Origin: an uncultured Rivularia sp. | GTDB taxonomy: Bacteria > Cyanobacteriota > Cyanobacteriia > Cyanobacteriales > Nostocaceae | DNA length: 64,000 nt | Reading direction: 5' to 3' | NCBI GenBank assembly: GCA_963665115.1 | Contig: OY762007.1 | Location: 7,104,001 to 7,168,000 of the forward strand | Shown: one piece after another, positions 21,523-31,931 of the stretch | Numbering within the stretch: position 1 is the first letter of the stretch | Layout of the letters: every line of letters begins with the position of its first letter | The notes under the pieces: generated by a model | Seen by the model: the letters and a program-made list of their open reading frames with translations, nothing else | Databases searched by the model: none | What the model was told of the DNA's origin: nothing | Made by a program: the position numbers and the translations under genes

Positions 21523-22167
21523 TTTGTATCTTCCCTATTCCCTATTCCCTGTTCCCCATTCTCTAACTGTAATTTGCACTGCCCAAAAACATAGTTAATT
21601 GCAGCGAATAATCTTTCTAATTCCTGAATAGTATAGAATATCTTATTTTGTGTAAAAATATCTATATTTAATTTACCAAACTGCCATATTAATCCATTAG
21701 AAACAATACCAAATATAGTTTGCTCTGGCATTTGATTCAACCGCTGTACTGCTATCATTTCAGCCAAACATTGACCCCCAGCCTTCAGAAAAATCGCTTT
21801 CTTTCTTAGCTTCAACTAAGACAAAATAAGGTTTATCAAATACTACAGAACCCAGGGGAGAGCGTTTTGCTAAAACATAATCGGGAACACCGCATAATTT
21901 ATCGTCATAATTTAAAGCTTGATGGCTCCAAAGTAGAAAATTACTGCGATAAACTTTCCAAACCTCTTTTAAAATCGGATAAATAATATTTTCACAAATT
22001 GCGCTTTCGGAATTATCAACAACTCCTTCATTAAACATTAATTCTAATTCTTGGCGGAAAAAATCGTTAATTGTAAATTCGGTTTCTGTAATAAAATCGT
22101 CTCGAATATATTTTATTTTAAATTCTTTGGCTACGGTACCGATATTTTTGTAACTACTGCAAGGCAT
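21519..22167 (-). CDS. PD-(D/E)xK restriction-endonuclease-like hypothetical protein (apparent frameshift ~21778)
   Basis: SE..ICE.II.PIL, LCG.PDY, VEAKK..F..GWGQC.AEM.A, GIVSNG..WQF; extra C in a C5 run; same family as 59228-59827. Confidence 0.7.
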
Positions 22168-22174
22168 TTTACCT

Positions 22175-22221
22175 GGCGGTTGAAACCGCTGCTACACAAA
22201 CAAAACCCACCTCCGTGGGTT
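22175..22221. repeat. Small dispersed hairpin repeat, copy 2
   Basis: GGCGGTTGAAACCGCT-GCTACAC...AACCCACCTCCGTGGGTT, similar to 7338-7386. Confidence 0.7.
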
Positions 22222-22399
22222 AAATTAGGAGTATTATTATATAGAAATTGTATAACGATAAATTAGCACATTATTTATATGAATTTTAATAAATTGTGCT
22301 ATTTTAAAACGGTTTTATTAAACCGAGTATTCGGGTTGGGTTATCATGACATAATATTTTTTGATGCAATAATCAAGTTAATGCAATTAAAGCATCCTA

Positions 22400-22789
22400 T
22401 TAGTTGAGAGTTTTAACGCTTGGGTATGCGATGATTTTTGTGTCAGCAGTCATTAAAGGACAGTCATATACTTTTGATGTTGCAACAATGATTTGATCCG
22501 AAGGATCGCGGTGAAAACCGATAAGTTTTGTGGATTCAACAATTATCGGAATCGTTAGTTCAATTCGCTCTATTCCTGGATAAGCTAAAGCAGCAGTTAA
22601 CCATTCATCAACAGGAATAGACAAATTTATTCTATTAAGCTCGACTAACTTTGCTACTTCCCAACAAGAAATAATACTTATACCCAATCCTTGAGATTGG
22701 TATTCATCTATCCAATCGAGATACTTTTTCGTTAATCGCGGATCTTCATTAACCCACCAAACCCAAATATGTGTATCTAGTATTATCAT
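22400..22789 (-). CDS. vapC: Type II toxin, VapC/PIN domain
   Basis: IILDTHIWVWW, IS.WEVA, HRDP.DQIIVAT, LMTAD. Confidence 0.9.
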   Translation of the reverse strand: MIILDTHIWVWWVNEDPRLTKKYLDWIDEYQSQGLGISIISCWEVAKLVELNRINLSIPVDEWLTAALAYPGIERIELTIPIIVESTKLIGFHRDPSDQIIVATSKVYDCPLMTADTKIIAYPSVKTLN

Positions 22790-23004
22790 TGCAGCACTTC
22801 CCAATCTTCTAAAGGTATAGCAGATTCAAATGGCTGTTCGTATTGAATTACTGTACCTTTTAAACTACGGGGATTTGCTTGTTGCTGGGAAGATTGATTT
22901 TCTAAAATGATTATTTCGACTGATTCTCCAGCCCGAAAAGGTAAATCTTTCAGATTTAAAGCACCGTTTTCAGTTAAAGTTACTTCTACGCGATGGGCTT
23001 TCAT
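22786..23004 (-). CDS. Putative antitoxin for adjacent VapC
   Basis: 72-aa gene whose stop overlaps the vapC start (ATGA); L...LPF..GE.VEIIIL and acidic WE C-terminus. Confidence 0.75.
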   Translation of the reverse strand: MKAHRVEVTLTENGALNLKDLPFRAGESVEIIILENQSSQQQANPRSLKGTVIQYEQPFESAIPLEDWEVLQ

Positions 23005-23215
23005 AATTATTTCCTAACTCTTCTTTTAATTTAGAGTATACTGCCATTTTTCTGATGCATGACAGTACTTGATTTCGAGTCTCTTCGCTAATATAACGAC
23101 TGGTAGACAAACCGATAATTCCCTGGTTTCTTTTACTTTTCTATAAAATTATTTCTTCTTTTATCATTCTATTAATATGTTATACTCTTAAAAAATAAAT
23201 TTATTTTTGATAATC

Positions 23216-23566
23216 ATGGCTAAGTATACATCACCAGATGGTCATATTTTTGAAGGAGACGATTAGGATGAAGTTCGGAAATTAGTAGATGCTGTGTTAG
23301 GAGCAAATTCTCCGTTTGCACCTAAAGCTACACCTACAAACAATAATCAGAGCATACCTTCTGTAAACGACTTTAAAGAAGCCTATAAAGATTTAGAGTT
23401 AAAAAAATTTCTTGATTTTGTTAAACAAGAAGGTAGTAGTGGAGTTATTAGCGATAATGATTTTAAGCTAAAAACTGGAAAAAAATCTATGTCTGGATTG
23501 TGTAAGAGTTTTAAACGTAATACTAATGGAGCATCTTTAAGTGTATTAATTAAAAAAATTCTATAA
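23216..23566 (+). pseudogene. Hypothetical gene with in-frame TAG after codon 16
   Basis: ATG 23216 MAKYTSPDGHIFEGDD*DEVRKLVDA is in frame with ORF 23294-23566; TG-N-TATACT -10-like box upstream. Confidence 0.45.
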
Positions 23567-23723
23567 ACAATGTATATGAAGTAAATCTGTCTGCTTACAA
23601 TAATTTAATACAAGCCTAGAGAATACATTGTTTTAGCAATAGTATTGCCAGAGTTAAGCATAGCTCTGACATTTGAATTAATATTTTTTAAAACTCTTAC
23701 AAAAAAAGAAAGTAAAAGAAAAA

Positions 23724-23987
23724 TTACTTATCTAATAAATTATTTCTTACAATCCGGTTCACTAAGCTAAGATAATCATCTAGTTCTTCGTATCTATCTA
23801 ATTCTTTTTCTTCTTCAACAGTTAAAGTATAATCTTGTTGTCTATAGATTAATGTCTCAATACGTTGCTGTACCTCAGTTGAAGCGCGAAAAATCGGTAT
23901 TCCTTCAACTAATTCAATACGAACTGCATTATCTAAGGGTAAATTTTCAGGTAAATAATGCAGATTAAGAGATAAGTTAGCTGTCAT
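23724..23987 (-). CDS. Small hypothetical protein (antitoxin-like)
   Basis: 87 aa, LT.EEE.ELD.YEE helical motif typical of small cyanobacterial antitoxin-like proteins. Confidence 0.65.
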   Translation of the reverse strand: MTANLSLNLHYLPENLPLDNAVRIELVEGIPIFRASTEVQQRIETLIYRQQDYTLTVEEEKELDRYEELDDYLSLVNRIVRNNLLDK

Positions 23988-24079
23988 CGTTTTTATCTAA
24001 GTTTTTATCTAATATCTTAATTCTCATTTTAATTTAAATTCTCTCCATCCCCTTATATCCCTACTTCCCCATAAGCTAA

Positions 24080-24150
24080 CTGGTGCGTGACGGTAAATTC
24101 AAATAATCTGGTTACATCGAAAAGTTATCGTAACCGTCACAGCACCCTAC
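24080..24150. repeat. REP-like hairpin repeat
   Basis: GGTGCGTGACGGT...ACCGTCACAGCACC-CTAC inverted arms. Confidence 0.6.
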
Positions 24151-24162
24151 ATTAGATCTCCC

Positions 24163-24991
24163 CTACCTCCCCTCAAAAACCCCAATCGCATGAGGAATTT
24201 TCCTTCCTGTATCTATCAACGGTTTCCCATCAACTATAATCCCGGTACTTCCACCACCATCTAACATTGCACTGGTATTCGCACCAAAACACTTTAATGC
24301 ATTCGTAGCATCTACCTGACGAGCATAATTACTCGAATAAAAAATAACTGTCTCATTTAAATTATCGCCGTTGTCATCTCGCACACCTACAAAAGTTCTG
24401 GGTAAATATTTTTTTGCTGCTTTATTCGCATTTGCATCGAGTGCGCCGATTACTTCCGGAAAGCGTCGAAATGATTCTGTAGTATAAGGTTGGATGCTGG
24501 CGTTACCAGCTTGAGGATTGAACGAAAATGTGCGAATTTCTCCCGGATATTCATTGGCTATGCCGTATCCGTAGGTAATAATTTGATCGCGGGCTTTTAA
24601 ACCAAAGGCAATTCCTGTGGGTTTCTTGTTTGGTAGAAAAAAATGTACCGTTAATGACAACTCTTGCTTTTTGAGTTGATGTATTATTACTTACGGCATC
24701 TTGCCAAAATTGAGAAAGCGGTTTTTTGCTGACTCGACTTGCAGGAATTTTAAATACAGCACCAGTTAAATTAGCTATTTTTGCTTTTGTAGTTTGAATT
24801 ACAGTAATATATTCTTTTTTGCTACTTTTTTGGTTTTTGTAGTAGACTTTTACTCCAGAGGCTTTTAATATTGGTTGGAAGCCGCAAGTTGGTGGTATCG
24901 CTTTTACTGGATACCCTATACTTGTAAAAGTCAAGTTAATAGCAATGCTTAGGATACATATTTTCTGGAGTTTGATTACTTGTTTATACAT
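24163..24991 (-). CDS. Phosphodiester glycosidase (NAGPA/DUF2233) family secreted protein (apparent frameshift ~24630)
   Basis: VINGTFF in upstream ORF; PRTFVG and AMLDGGGST in downstream ORF; single extra base in a homopolymer. Confidence 0.8.
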
Positions 24992-25430
24992 TTTGTTCGC
25001 GATTAATAGACAAAGATTTTAAAAGTATTTGTCAGTAAATTAAGTTTTTTGTCGAACAAAGTCAAAAGTACTCGAAAATATGGCTCATAAATAACCTAAG
25101 TGTTGCTCATAAAAATTCCGGTTAGTTAATCCAAATACTGGAAACATATGACAGATTGTTTCAGAAACGTGTAGTTTTGTACGTTTCGTAACCAAATATG
25201 TCAATTCTTATCTTTTCTTGCATTTCCCGGTTTAAGGACAAATTCTTAAGCAAATCTATCAATAGAGGGAATTGCTGTTAAAGGCTTAATCTTGAATGCC
25301 GCTTCTAAGCATTTTTGCTGCATTCAAGTAAAATGGCGACCAAAAATAGGAAATCGTCACAAATATTTCTGGTAAATCTAATCCGATCCCATCCCAGCAC
25401 AGTACAAGGCGCAGCGAGGCTATATAAATA

Positions 25431-28406
25431 ATGTTAAGCTTATCAGTTAATAATTCTCAACAATCCCAACAATTAAGTGATTCCGAAGACTGGGCAATTA
25501 TAGAAACAAGCTTTAATCCACACGAATTACATCATAAAGAAACAGTTTTTACTCTTAGTAATGGTTATTTGGGAGTGCGGGGTAGTTTTGAGGAAGGGTA
25601 CATTCACGAGCATTCCGGAACAATTGTGAATGGGGTTTACGATGATGTGGCGATCGCTGCAACTGAAATTGTAAATTGTCCTAACTGGCTACCTTTGACT
25701 ATTAAGGTGGCTGGGGAAACTTTTGCTATGGATAAGGGTGAGATACTTGAATACAAGCGCAGTCTTGATATGCGTTTAGGTATTTTAACCCGCGATGTTC
25801 GTTGGAAGTCACCATCAGGACATACTTTCGATTTGCATTTTGAGCGGTTTGTTTCTCTAGCTAGTCAACATTTTTTAGCAATTCATTGTGAAATAACTTC
25901 TTTAGATTATGCTGGTGAAATTGAAGTAACTATTGGGTTTGAGAGCGAGCCTCATACCCTGGGGATCGAACATTGGCAGACTGTTAAAGAAGGCGGTACG
26001 GATAAAATCATTTGGCTGCACGGTAAAACTTTGCACTCAGAAATTGAACTGAGCATGGCTGCAAAGTTAGTGGTAGAAAATGAATCTGATACCTTTGCTC
26101 GTGAATTTGAATGCAGTTCCGAACTTACAAAAAGTTTCCAAATAAAGCCGGGAGAAACGGTAAGTGTAGAAAAAATTGTCACGGTTTACACTTCACGAGA
26201 AACATCGACTCCGGCAGAAATTGCCTTAATGGATTTGGTGGAAGCACCCAGCTACAGCACAATGCTCGCAACTCATATTGCAGCATGGGAAAGAGTATGG
26301 CTTGATAGCGATGTCGTGATTGAAGGTGACGAAAAAGCACAGTTGAGCGTTCGTTACAATATCTTCCAAATCCTGGCTGCAACTCCCCGTCACGACGATA
26401 AAGTCAGTATTCCTCCTAAAACTCTTTCCGGTTTTGAATATCGCGGACATATCTTTTGGGATACGGAAATTTTTATCCTTCCCTTACTTACCTTTACTCA
26501 ACCAGCATTAGCTCGCAATCTGCTCAATTACCGCTACCACACTCTACCGGGAGCCAGACGCAAAGCCGAACAGCTTGGTTACAAAGGAGCAATGTTTGCT
26601 TGGGAAAGTGCCGCCACCGGAGACGAAGTAACTCCTTCATGGGTTCCCGATCCCAACGGTAAATTAGTCCGTATTTGGTGCGGGGAACTTGAAATTCACA
26701 TCAATGCAGATATTGCCTACGCTAGTTGGAACTATTGGCAGCATACTGGCGATAATCAATGGATGCGCGACTATGGCGCCGAAATGATTTTAGATACTGC
26801 GACTTTCTGGGAAAGTAGAGTTTCTTGGAACGAACAGCGTCAAAGTTATGACATTCTTAATGTTATTGGCCCCGATGAGAATCACGAGCAGGTTGATAAC
26901 AATGCCTTCACTAATGTAATGGTGCAGTGGCATTTAAATACTGTTGGGGAATTATGGGAATGGTTAACGAAGAATTATCCCGAAAAAGCCACACAGTTGG
27001 CAGTGAAGCTAAATATAAATCCCCAAAAGTTGGAAAAATTTGCTTTTATTGCCGATAATATCTACTTAAATCAAGATTCGGAAACGGGTTTAATCGAACA
27101 ATTTGATGGCTTCTACGATTTAGAATACGTCAACTTCGACGATTACGAACCACGCAATAAATCAATGCAGGGTATTTTGGGAGTTGAAGAAACCCAAGCC
27201 AGACAGATACTCAAACAGCCAGATGTATTGATGATGTTTTACATGATGCGCGACAGGTTCGACTTAGAGACCATTGCGAAAAACTGGAATTATTATACAC
27301 CTCGCACAGACCACGTTTATGGCTCTTCTTTGGGTCCGGCAATCAATGCCATTATTGCTTGCGACCTGAATAACCCAAGCGTTGCATATAGTCATTTTAT
27401 GCGTGCTGCTCTAGTGGATTTAGACAACGTTCGCAGCAATGCAAATCAGGGTATTCACGCAGCAAGTGCGGGTGGAGTCTGGCAAGCTGTTGTATTCGGA
27501 TTTGCAGGAATTAGAATTTCACAAAATGGAATTATTACCGCTCATCCCAATCTTCCCGCACACTGGAAGCGTTTGAAATTCCGCTTACAATGGCGTTCGG
27601 AATGGTACCAAGTTGATTTGAATGCTTCTCAAGCAGATGACAACAAGGAAGTTGAAATCATTCCTACTTCTCCCACTCCGATAATTTCTACCTCCCCTCA
27701 AACAGCCGTTTCTGATTCAACTTCCATTCAAGGAATTATCTTTGATTTAGACGGAGTAATCACCGACACCTCCGAATTCCATTATTTAGCTTGGAAAAAG
27801 CTGGCAGATCAAGAAGGCATTCCCTTTGACAGAGAAGCTAACGAAGGCTTACGAGGTATACCGCGTAGAGAATCTTTGATGGCTATATTGCAAGGTCATC
27901 CTGCTACTGAAGAACAGATTCAGGACATGATGGAACGTAAAAATAAATACTACATCGAACTGATGCAAAGTATTACACCTAAAGATTTGCTTCCTGGAGC
28001 TGGTGAGTTATTAGAAGAATTACAAGCAGCAGGTGTAAAGATAGCTTTGGGTTCCTCCAGTAAAAACGCTCGCACAGTAATCGAACGCTTGGGAATCGCA
28101 GATAAATTTGTGGCGATCGCCGACGGTTACAGCGTAGTTAAATCCAAGCCAGCACCAGATTTATTCCTCTTCGCAGCCAAGAAATTAGGAGTATCACCAC
28201 ATAACTGCATAGTTGTAGAAGATGCAACAGCAGGAATAGAAGCAGGGCTTGCTGCTGGGATGAAAGTAGTAGGATTAGGGCCAAAAGAGCGAGTAGGTAA
28301 AGCTCACATCGTATTACCTAGCTTAGAAGGCGTTACCTGGAAAGATTTGCAACAGCATTTAGCAAATTACCATAGTCAAGTTGGACGAATTAAAGCGAAA
28401 ATCTAA
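25431..28406 (+). CDS. pgmB: GH65 glycoside phosphorylase (kojibiose/trehalose/maltose type) fused to beta-phosphoglucomutase
   Basis: SNGYLG.RG, Y.GHIFWDTE, GPDE, KQPDV, SSL; P/T/S linker; HAD domain FDLDGVITDT, SSSKN, KPAPD, EDA.AG. Confidence 0.92.
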   Translation: MLSLSVNNSQQSQQLSDSEDWAIIETSFNPHELHHKETVFTLSNGYLGVRGSFEEGYIHEHSGTIVNGVYDDVAIAATEIVNCPNWLPLTIKVAGETFAMDKGEILEYKRSLDMRLGILTRDVRWKSPSGHTFDLHFERFVSLASQHFLAIHCEITSLDYAGEIEVTIGFESEPHTLGIEHWQTVKEGGTDKIIWLHGKTLHSEIELSMAAKLVVENESDTFAREFECSSELTKSFQIKPGETVSVEKIVTVYTSRETSTPAEIALMDLVEAPSYSTMLATHIAAWERVWLDSDVVIEGDEKAQLSVRYNIFQILAATPRHDDKVSIPPKTLSGFEYRGHIFWDTEIFILPLLTFTQPALARNLLNYRYHTLPGARRKAEQLGYKGAMFAWESAATGDEVTPSWVPDPNGKLVRIWCGELEIHINADIAYASWNYWQHTGDNQWMRDYGAEMILDTATFWESRVSWNEQRQSYDILNVIGPDENHEQVDNNAFTNVMVQWHLNTVGELWEWLTKNYPEKATQLAVKLNINPQKLEKFAFIADNIYLNQDSETGLIEQFDGFYDLEYVNFDDYEPRNKSMQGILGVEETQARQILKQPDVLMMFYMMRDRFDLETIAKNWNYYTPRTDHVYGSSLGPAINAIIACDLNNPSVAYSHFMRAALVDLDNVRSNANQGIHAASAGGVWQAVVFGFAGIRISQNGIITAHPNLPAHWKRLKFRLQWRSEWYQVDLNASQADDNKEVEIIPTSPTPIISTSPQTAVSDSTSIQGIIFDLDGVITDTSEFHYLAWKKLADQEGIPFDREANEGLRGIPRRESLMAILQGHPATEEQIQDMMERKNKYYIELMQSITPKDLLPGAGELLEELQAAGVKIALGSSSKNARTVIERLGIADKFVAIADGYSVVKSKPAPDLFLFAAKKLGVSPHNCIVVEDATAGIEAGLAAGMKVVGLGPKERVGKAHIVLPSLEGVTWKDLQQHLANYHSQVGRIKAKI

Positions 28407-28986
28407 TAATAGGGAATAGGGCATTGGGCATTGGAACTTATTTCAATTCTCTATGCCCATTACCGTAAAAAAAAGGCATAAGAGGTAATCCCTCCTATGC
28501 CTTGATTATGTGAGTGAGAAGAAATGCTGGACACAATTTGAAACGGACTATCTTGTATCCCATACTTGTAACTACTTATTAAGCAGCAAAACCTGTAAAA
28601 AAACCTAAACTTGATTAACTCGATTAAATATTTGAATTCGCTTTTCAAAACAATATATCTACTTTGTTTGTGGAATGAAAACCAGCGTTAAAGAGATAAT
28701 TTGTATTGCACGTTTGAGGTATTTAACTAAAAGGTTGCAGATTAAATTAACTTGGCGAAACTTAAAGGGTTAGATATATTTAAGACTTTAGATGTAATCT
28801 ATAATTTTCAAGTTTTTAAGCTTTATTAAAATAGACTTTCATACGTCCCGATACTGTTACGGTTGTCAAAAAGACGAAAAAGTTTAACAACAGGAATAAT
28901 TGACTGACACCTAAATCAAAGATTGAACCTCTATTAGATCGGAAAAGAGCAAATTATTTTTCTGTTCTAAACCTCTGTTCATTTTC

Positions 28987-29019
28987 CTAAAAGAGAGGCG
29001 CGACAGCGCCGCACCTCGC
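28987..29019 (-). terminator. Intrinsic terminator of porin gene
   Basis: Minus-strand GAGGTGCG...CGCGCCTC stem (one G-U) followed by TCTTTT, just after the stop. Confidence 0.65.
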
Positions 29020-29036
29020 TATTTAGGCTGACTCAA

Positions 29037-30572
29037 TTAGAACTTGAATGTTGTACGAACTGTACCAACAAACACGGTGTCTCTAGAGTTGTCATGCTCG
29101 GGGTTGAAGATAGCCAAGATACCAGGTGTAACGGTGATTCTGTCGTTAACCTTCATCTTGTAAAGACCTTCTAAGTGGTAGGAGGTACCACCATCTTCGT
29201 TAGCAGCAATGCTATTGTCAGTAACTTTAGGAGGCTGACCGAAGATAACACCCAAGGTATTACCTTTAGCGCCAAAGTCCTTGACACCTAAAGTAGCAGC
29301 CCAGTATTGGATATCTGCGCTATTGCTACTATTGTCTTGGTCAACGTTAGCCATACCGTACCAACCAGCAAGAGTGGCCTTCTTGTTTAGCTTGTAGCTA
29401 GCTTGTACGCTGTAGATGTCAGCGCTACCAGCAGCACCACCGAAAGGTTGGTCAGCATTTGAGCTTCCAGTGCTTCCGGTGAATCCCTTACCGTTACCAC
29501 GGTAAGCTCTAGCATAAGCTACACCTAAGTTGAGCTTTTTGCTAGGCTTGAATTCAACTTGACCGAAGAAGGTGTTATCACCATTGATAATACCTGTGCT
29601 GGTATCGTCAGAATTGTTAGAAACATAACCAGCAGCTACACCGAAAGGAGTCTTCTTGTCACCGTAATTAACGGTAACAGCACCTTGTCCGTTAGCTACA
29701 CGGTAGATGGGGTTGAAACGACCGTAACGAGAGATAGCACCAGAACCACTGCTCTTTAATACAGGGTTGAAGGTGTTAACGTTACCCTGCATTTCAGCAC
29801 CAATAGCGTCAATTTTAACGCTAAGCTTGTTGCTAGGCTTGAAGGTGTAGTTTAACTCGTCGATTTCAACGTCATTTCCGTTGTCACCATCAAAACCCAA
29901 GCGGCTCATGTTGCCAGCAGACTTGATTTTGGGAGTGTTGCGAGCTTGCAAACGAAGAGACAACTTGTCCTTACCAGTGAAGCTGCTTGTAATACCCAAG
30001 CGAACGCGGTTGGTAAGAATAGGATCGAAGTCATCTCCAGCATTGGTGTCTTCACCACCGAAAACATCGGATACTGCGAAGATTGCTTCACCCTTCAACT
30101 TAGCAGTTGTAGAGAATTGGTTAGCTTCCAATGCTTCAGTGCGGTACTCTAAACCATCTACTTTACCGCGTAGAGTAGCCAATTCACCTTGGAACTCTTC
30201 ACGTAGCTTGTTAACAGCAGCCATATCTGTAGTAGTTACAGTGGTGTTACCGCTAGCAGCGATTAACTGAGTCATGCGATCCAAGCAACCGTTTAAAAGA
30301 GCAGCAAACTCATAACGAGTCATGCTGCGGTTGCCTCTGTAGGTTCCGTCGGGATAACCAGCTACGCAACCATAACGCTCAACTAAGGATTTTACAGACT
30401 GATAAGCCCAGTGAGAAGGTTGAATGTCAGATAAGCTATCAACGGAAGTAACAATCGCTAATTGATCAACCGAGGTAATCTCTTCAGCTGCGAAAGCACC
30501 ATTGGCAACGAAAAATGTAGCAGCTAAAACAACTGGACTTAGCTTCAATACGTTCAGCAAAAGCTTCGCCAT
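29037..30572 (-). CDS. Cyanobacterial outer-membrane porin (SLH + OprB-like barrel; Som/iron-uptake porin family)
   Basis: Signal peptide, SLH WAYQ....LVERYGCVAGYPDGTYRG, QFSTT.KL.GE, C-terminal RTTFKF; start ATG 30572 follows a GAGGAG SD. Confidence 0.95.
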   Translation of the reverse strand: MAKLLLNVLKLSPVVLAATFFVANGAFAAEEITSVDQLAIVTSVDSLSDIQPSHWAYQSVKSLVERYGCVAGYPDGTYRGNRSMTRYEFAALLNGCLDRMTQLIAASGNTTVTTTDMAAVNKLREEFQGELATLRGKVDGLEYRTEALEANQFSTTAKLKGEAIFAVSDVFGGEDTNAGDDFDPILTNRVRLGITSSFTGKDKLSLRLQARNTPKIKSAGNMSRLGFDGDNGNDVEIDELNYTFKPSNKLSVKIDAIGAEMQGNVNTFNPVLKSSGSGAISRYGRFNPIYRVANGQGAVTVNYGDKKTPFGVAAGYVSNNSDDTSTGIINGDNTFFGQVEFKPSKKLNLGVAYARAYRGNGKGFTGSTGSSNADQPFGGAAGSADIYSVQASYKLNKKATLAGWYGMANVDQDNSSNSADIQYWAATLGVKDFGAKGNTLGVIFGQPPKVTDNSIAANEDGGTSYHLEGLYKMKVNDRITVTPGILAIFNPEHDNSRDTVFVGTVRTTFKF

Positions 30573-30582
30573 GTTAACTTGT

Positions 30583-30592
30583 CTCCTCACAC
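30583..30592 (-). promoter_or_regulatory. Yfr1 sRNA-complementary site over the porin ribosome-binding site
   Basis: mRNA GUGUGAGGAG is complementary to 10 nt of the conserved Yfr1 motif ACUCCUCACAC. Confidence 0.6.
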
Positions 30593-31560
30593 TATTAATA
30601 TTTAGGAAATTCCGTCTGTAGATATCTCAACTGAGGAACTATAGCATCAGCAATTAGTCAAGAAGTTGCCGCTCAGTTGCAATATCTCGTTTATTTAACA
30701 TCAATACCTTTTAAAGTTATTGAGTTAAAATTATAAAGATTGGTAAATGCTTACTTACTCCGAACGCTACTTGATAAGCGTTGATACTTCTGACTTCTTT
30801 TCACCATTACTGACACAAAAGCTTTGACCTAATACAGTATTAATCTCTAATAATTTCGGACTCTTTTCCTCTCCGATTGCATTCTTTAAATCGTCGCTTC
30901 TTACTTTAAGTGGAGTCATTCGCCGATGCTAGGATTTACTGCTTATCCAGAAGGTTTCTTCGTTCAATTCCTTCGTTGAGCTATCTGTACTAAATCTATC
31001 AGATAACATCTATCTTTGGGTGTGTGTTCGAGAACATTTAAACAAAAAAATAAAAATATTATTTTGTTGTGCTTTATTTTTGATATATTTTATTTAGTAA
31101 TTAGTAGCTTTAAACAAGAAATTAAGCATTATGTCTAGGCATTTGAAATTAAATATTTAATTAAACAATAATATACTCAGTTATATTTACTTTTATTTTA
31201 AACCGTTTGTAATTAATAATATATTTTTAAATACAATATATTTTTTTATTTATAAGTAATTAATCCTGGGATTATATGCTTTATTGTAGTTTACCTAAAA
31301 TTTTATTTTTAAAACGCAAAAGCTTGCAATATTTAATGTTCTGCCGCAGTTACAGTATTAATCCTTAATTATGAACCGAAACTAAGCATAAAAACTAGTA
31401 AATAATCTTTCTATATATATATTAATTAGCAAAAGATAATTTATTATTAAATAGTAAATATAAAAATAAAAGATCCGATTTTTTTTAAAAAGCGTTATAC
31501 CTATAGTTTGTATCCCCTCAAAATTTCGGGGTATCGGCTGTCTTGAATGTCAACTACGAT

Positions 31561-31722
31561 AAAAAAAAGCAGCGGCGCAACTGGGGAACCGCTACGCTGA
31601 TTTGACGGTACCAGGTAGGGGCAGATAGATTTTACATAGGCACAGAAAATAATCGTGCCCCCACCTGGCACTCCGCTGTCGCCGCCAAATCTTCCCCAGT
31701 TGCTGGATCTCTCGTGAGAGCA
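31561..31722 (-). ncRNA. Putative structured RNA in the 3' end of the IS66 element
   Basis: Nested 12-, 9- and 15-bp stems; the 3 non-Watson-Crick pairs in these stems are G-U only on the minus strand; ends in U8. Confidence 0.55.
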
Positions 31723-31931
31723 ACAAATAAATAAAAATAATCAAAATCAAGAAATTGATTAATAGCGGAAGTTGCAAATAAGGTAAATTGTAAATATGCT
31801 ATCAAAGTAACTAAAAAAGTTTCAATCGCTTATAAAAACTATGAAGAAATAGATGTGGTTAATCCATGCACTTTACAGTATTCTACAACCAAGGATATGA
31901 GGGTTTAGCACAGTCTTAATATACAGGGGTG

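Noticed and set aside
25431..28406. GH65-beta-phosphoglucomutase fusion as a novelty
   Set aside because: Functionally coupled pair; to my recollection the fusion is already annotated in Nostocales.
31561..31722. Retron msr-msd (12-bp inverted repeat followed by an unpaired G)
   Set aside because: No separate msr stem-loops and no reverse transcriptase in the window; the whole interval folds as one rod.
31819..31835. GTTTCAATCGC resembling a CRISPR repeat end inside the IS
   Set aside because: Only ~9 nt match, no palindrome and no second repeat.
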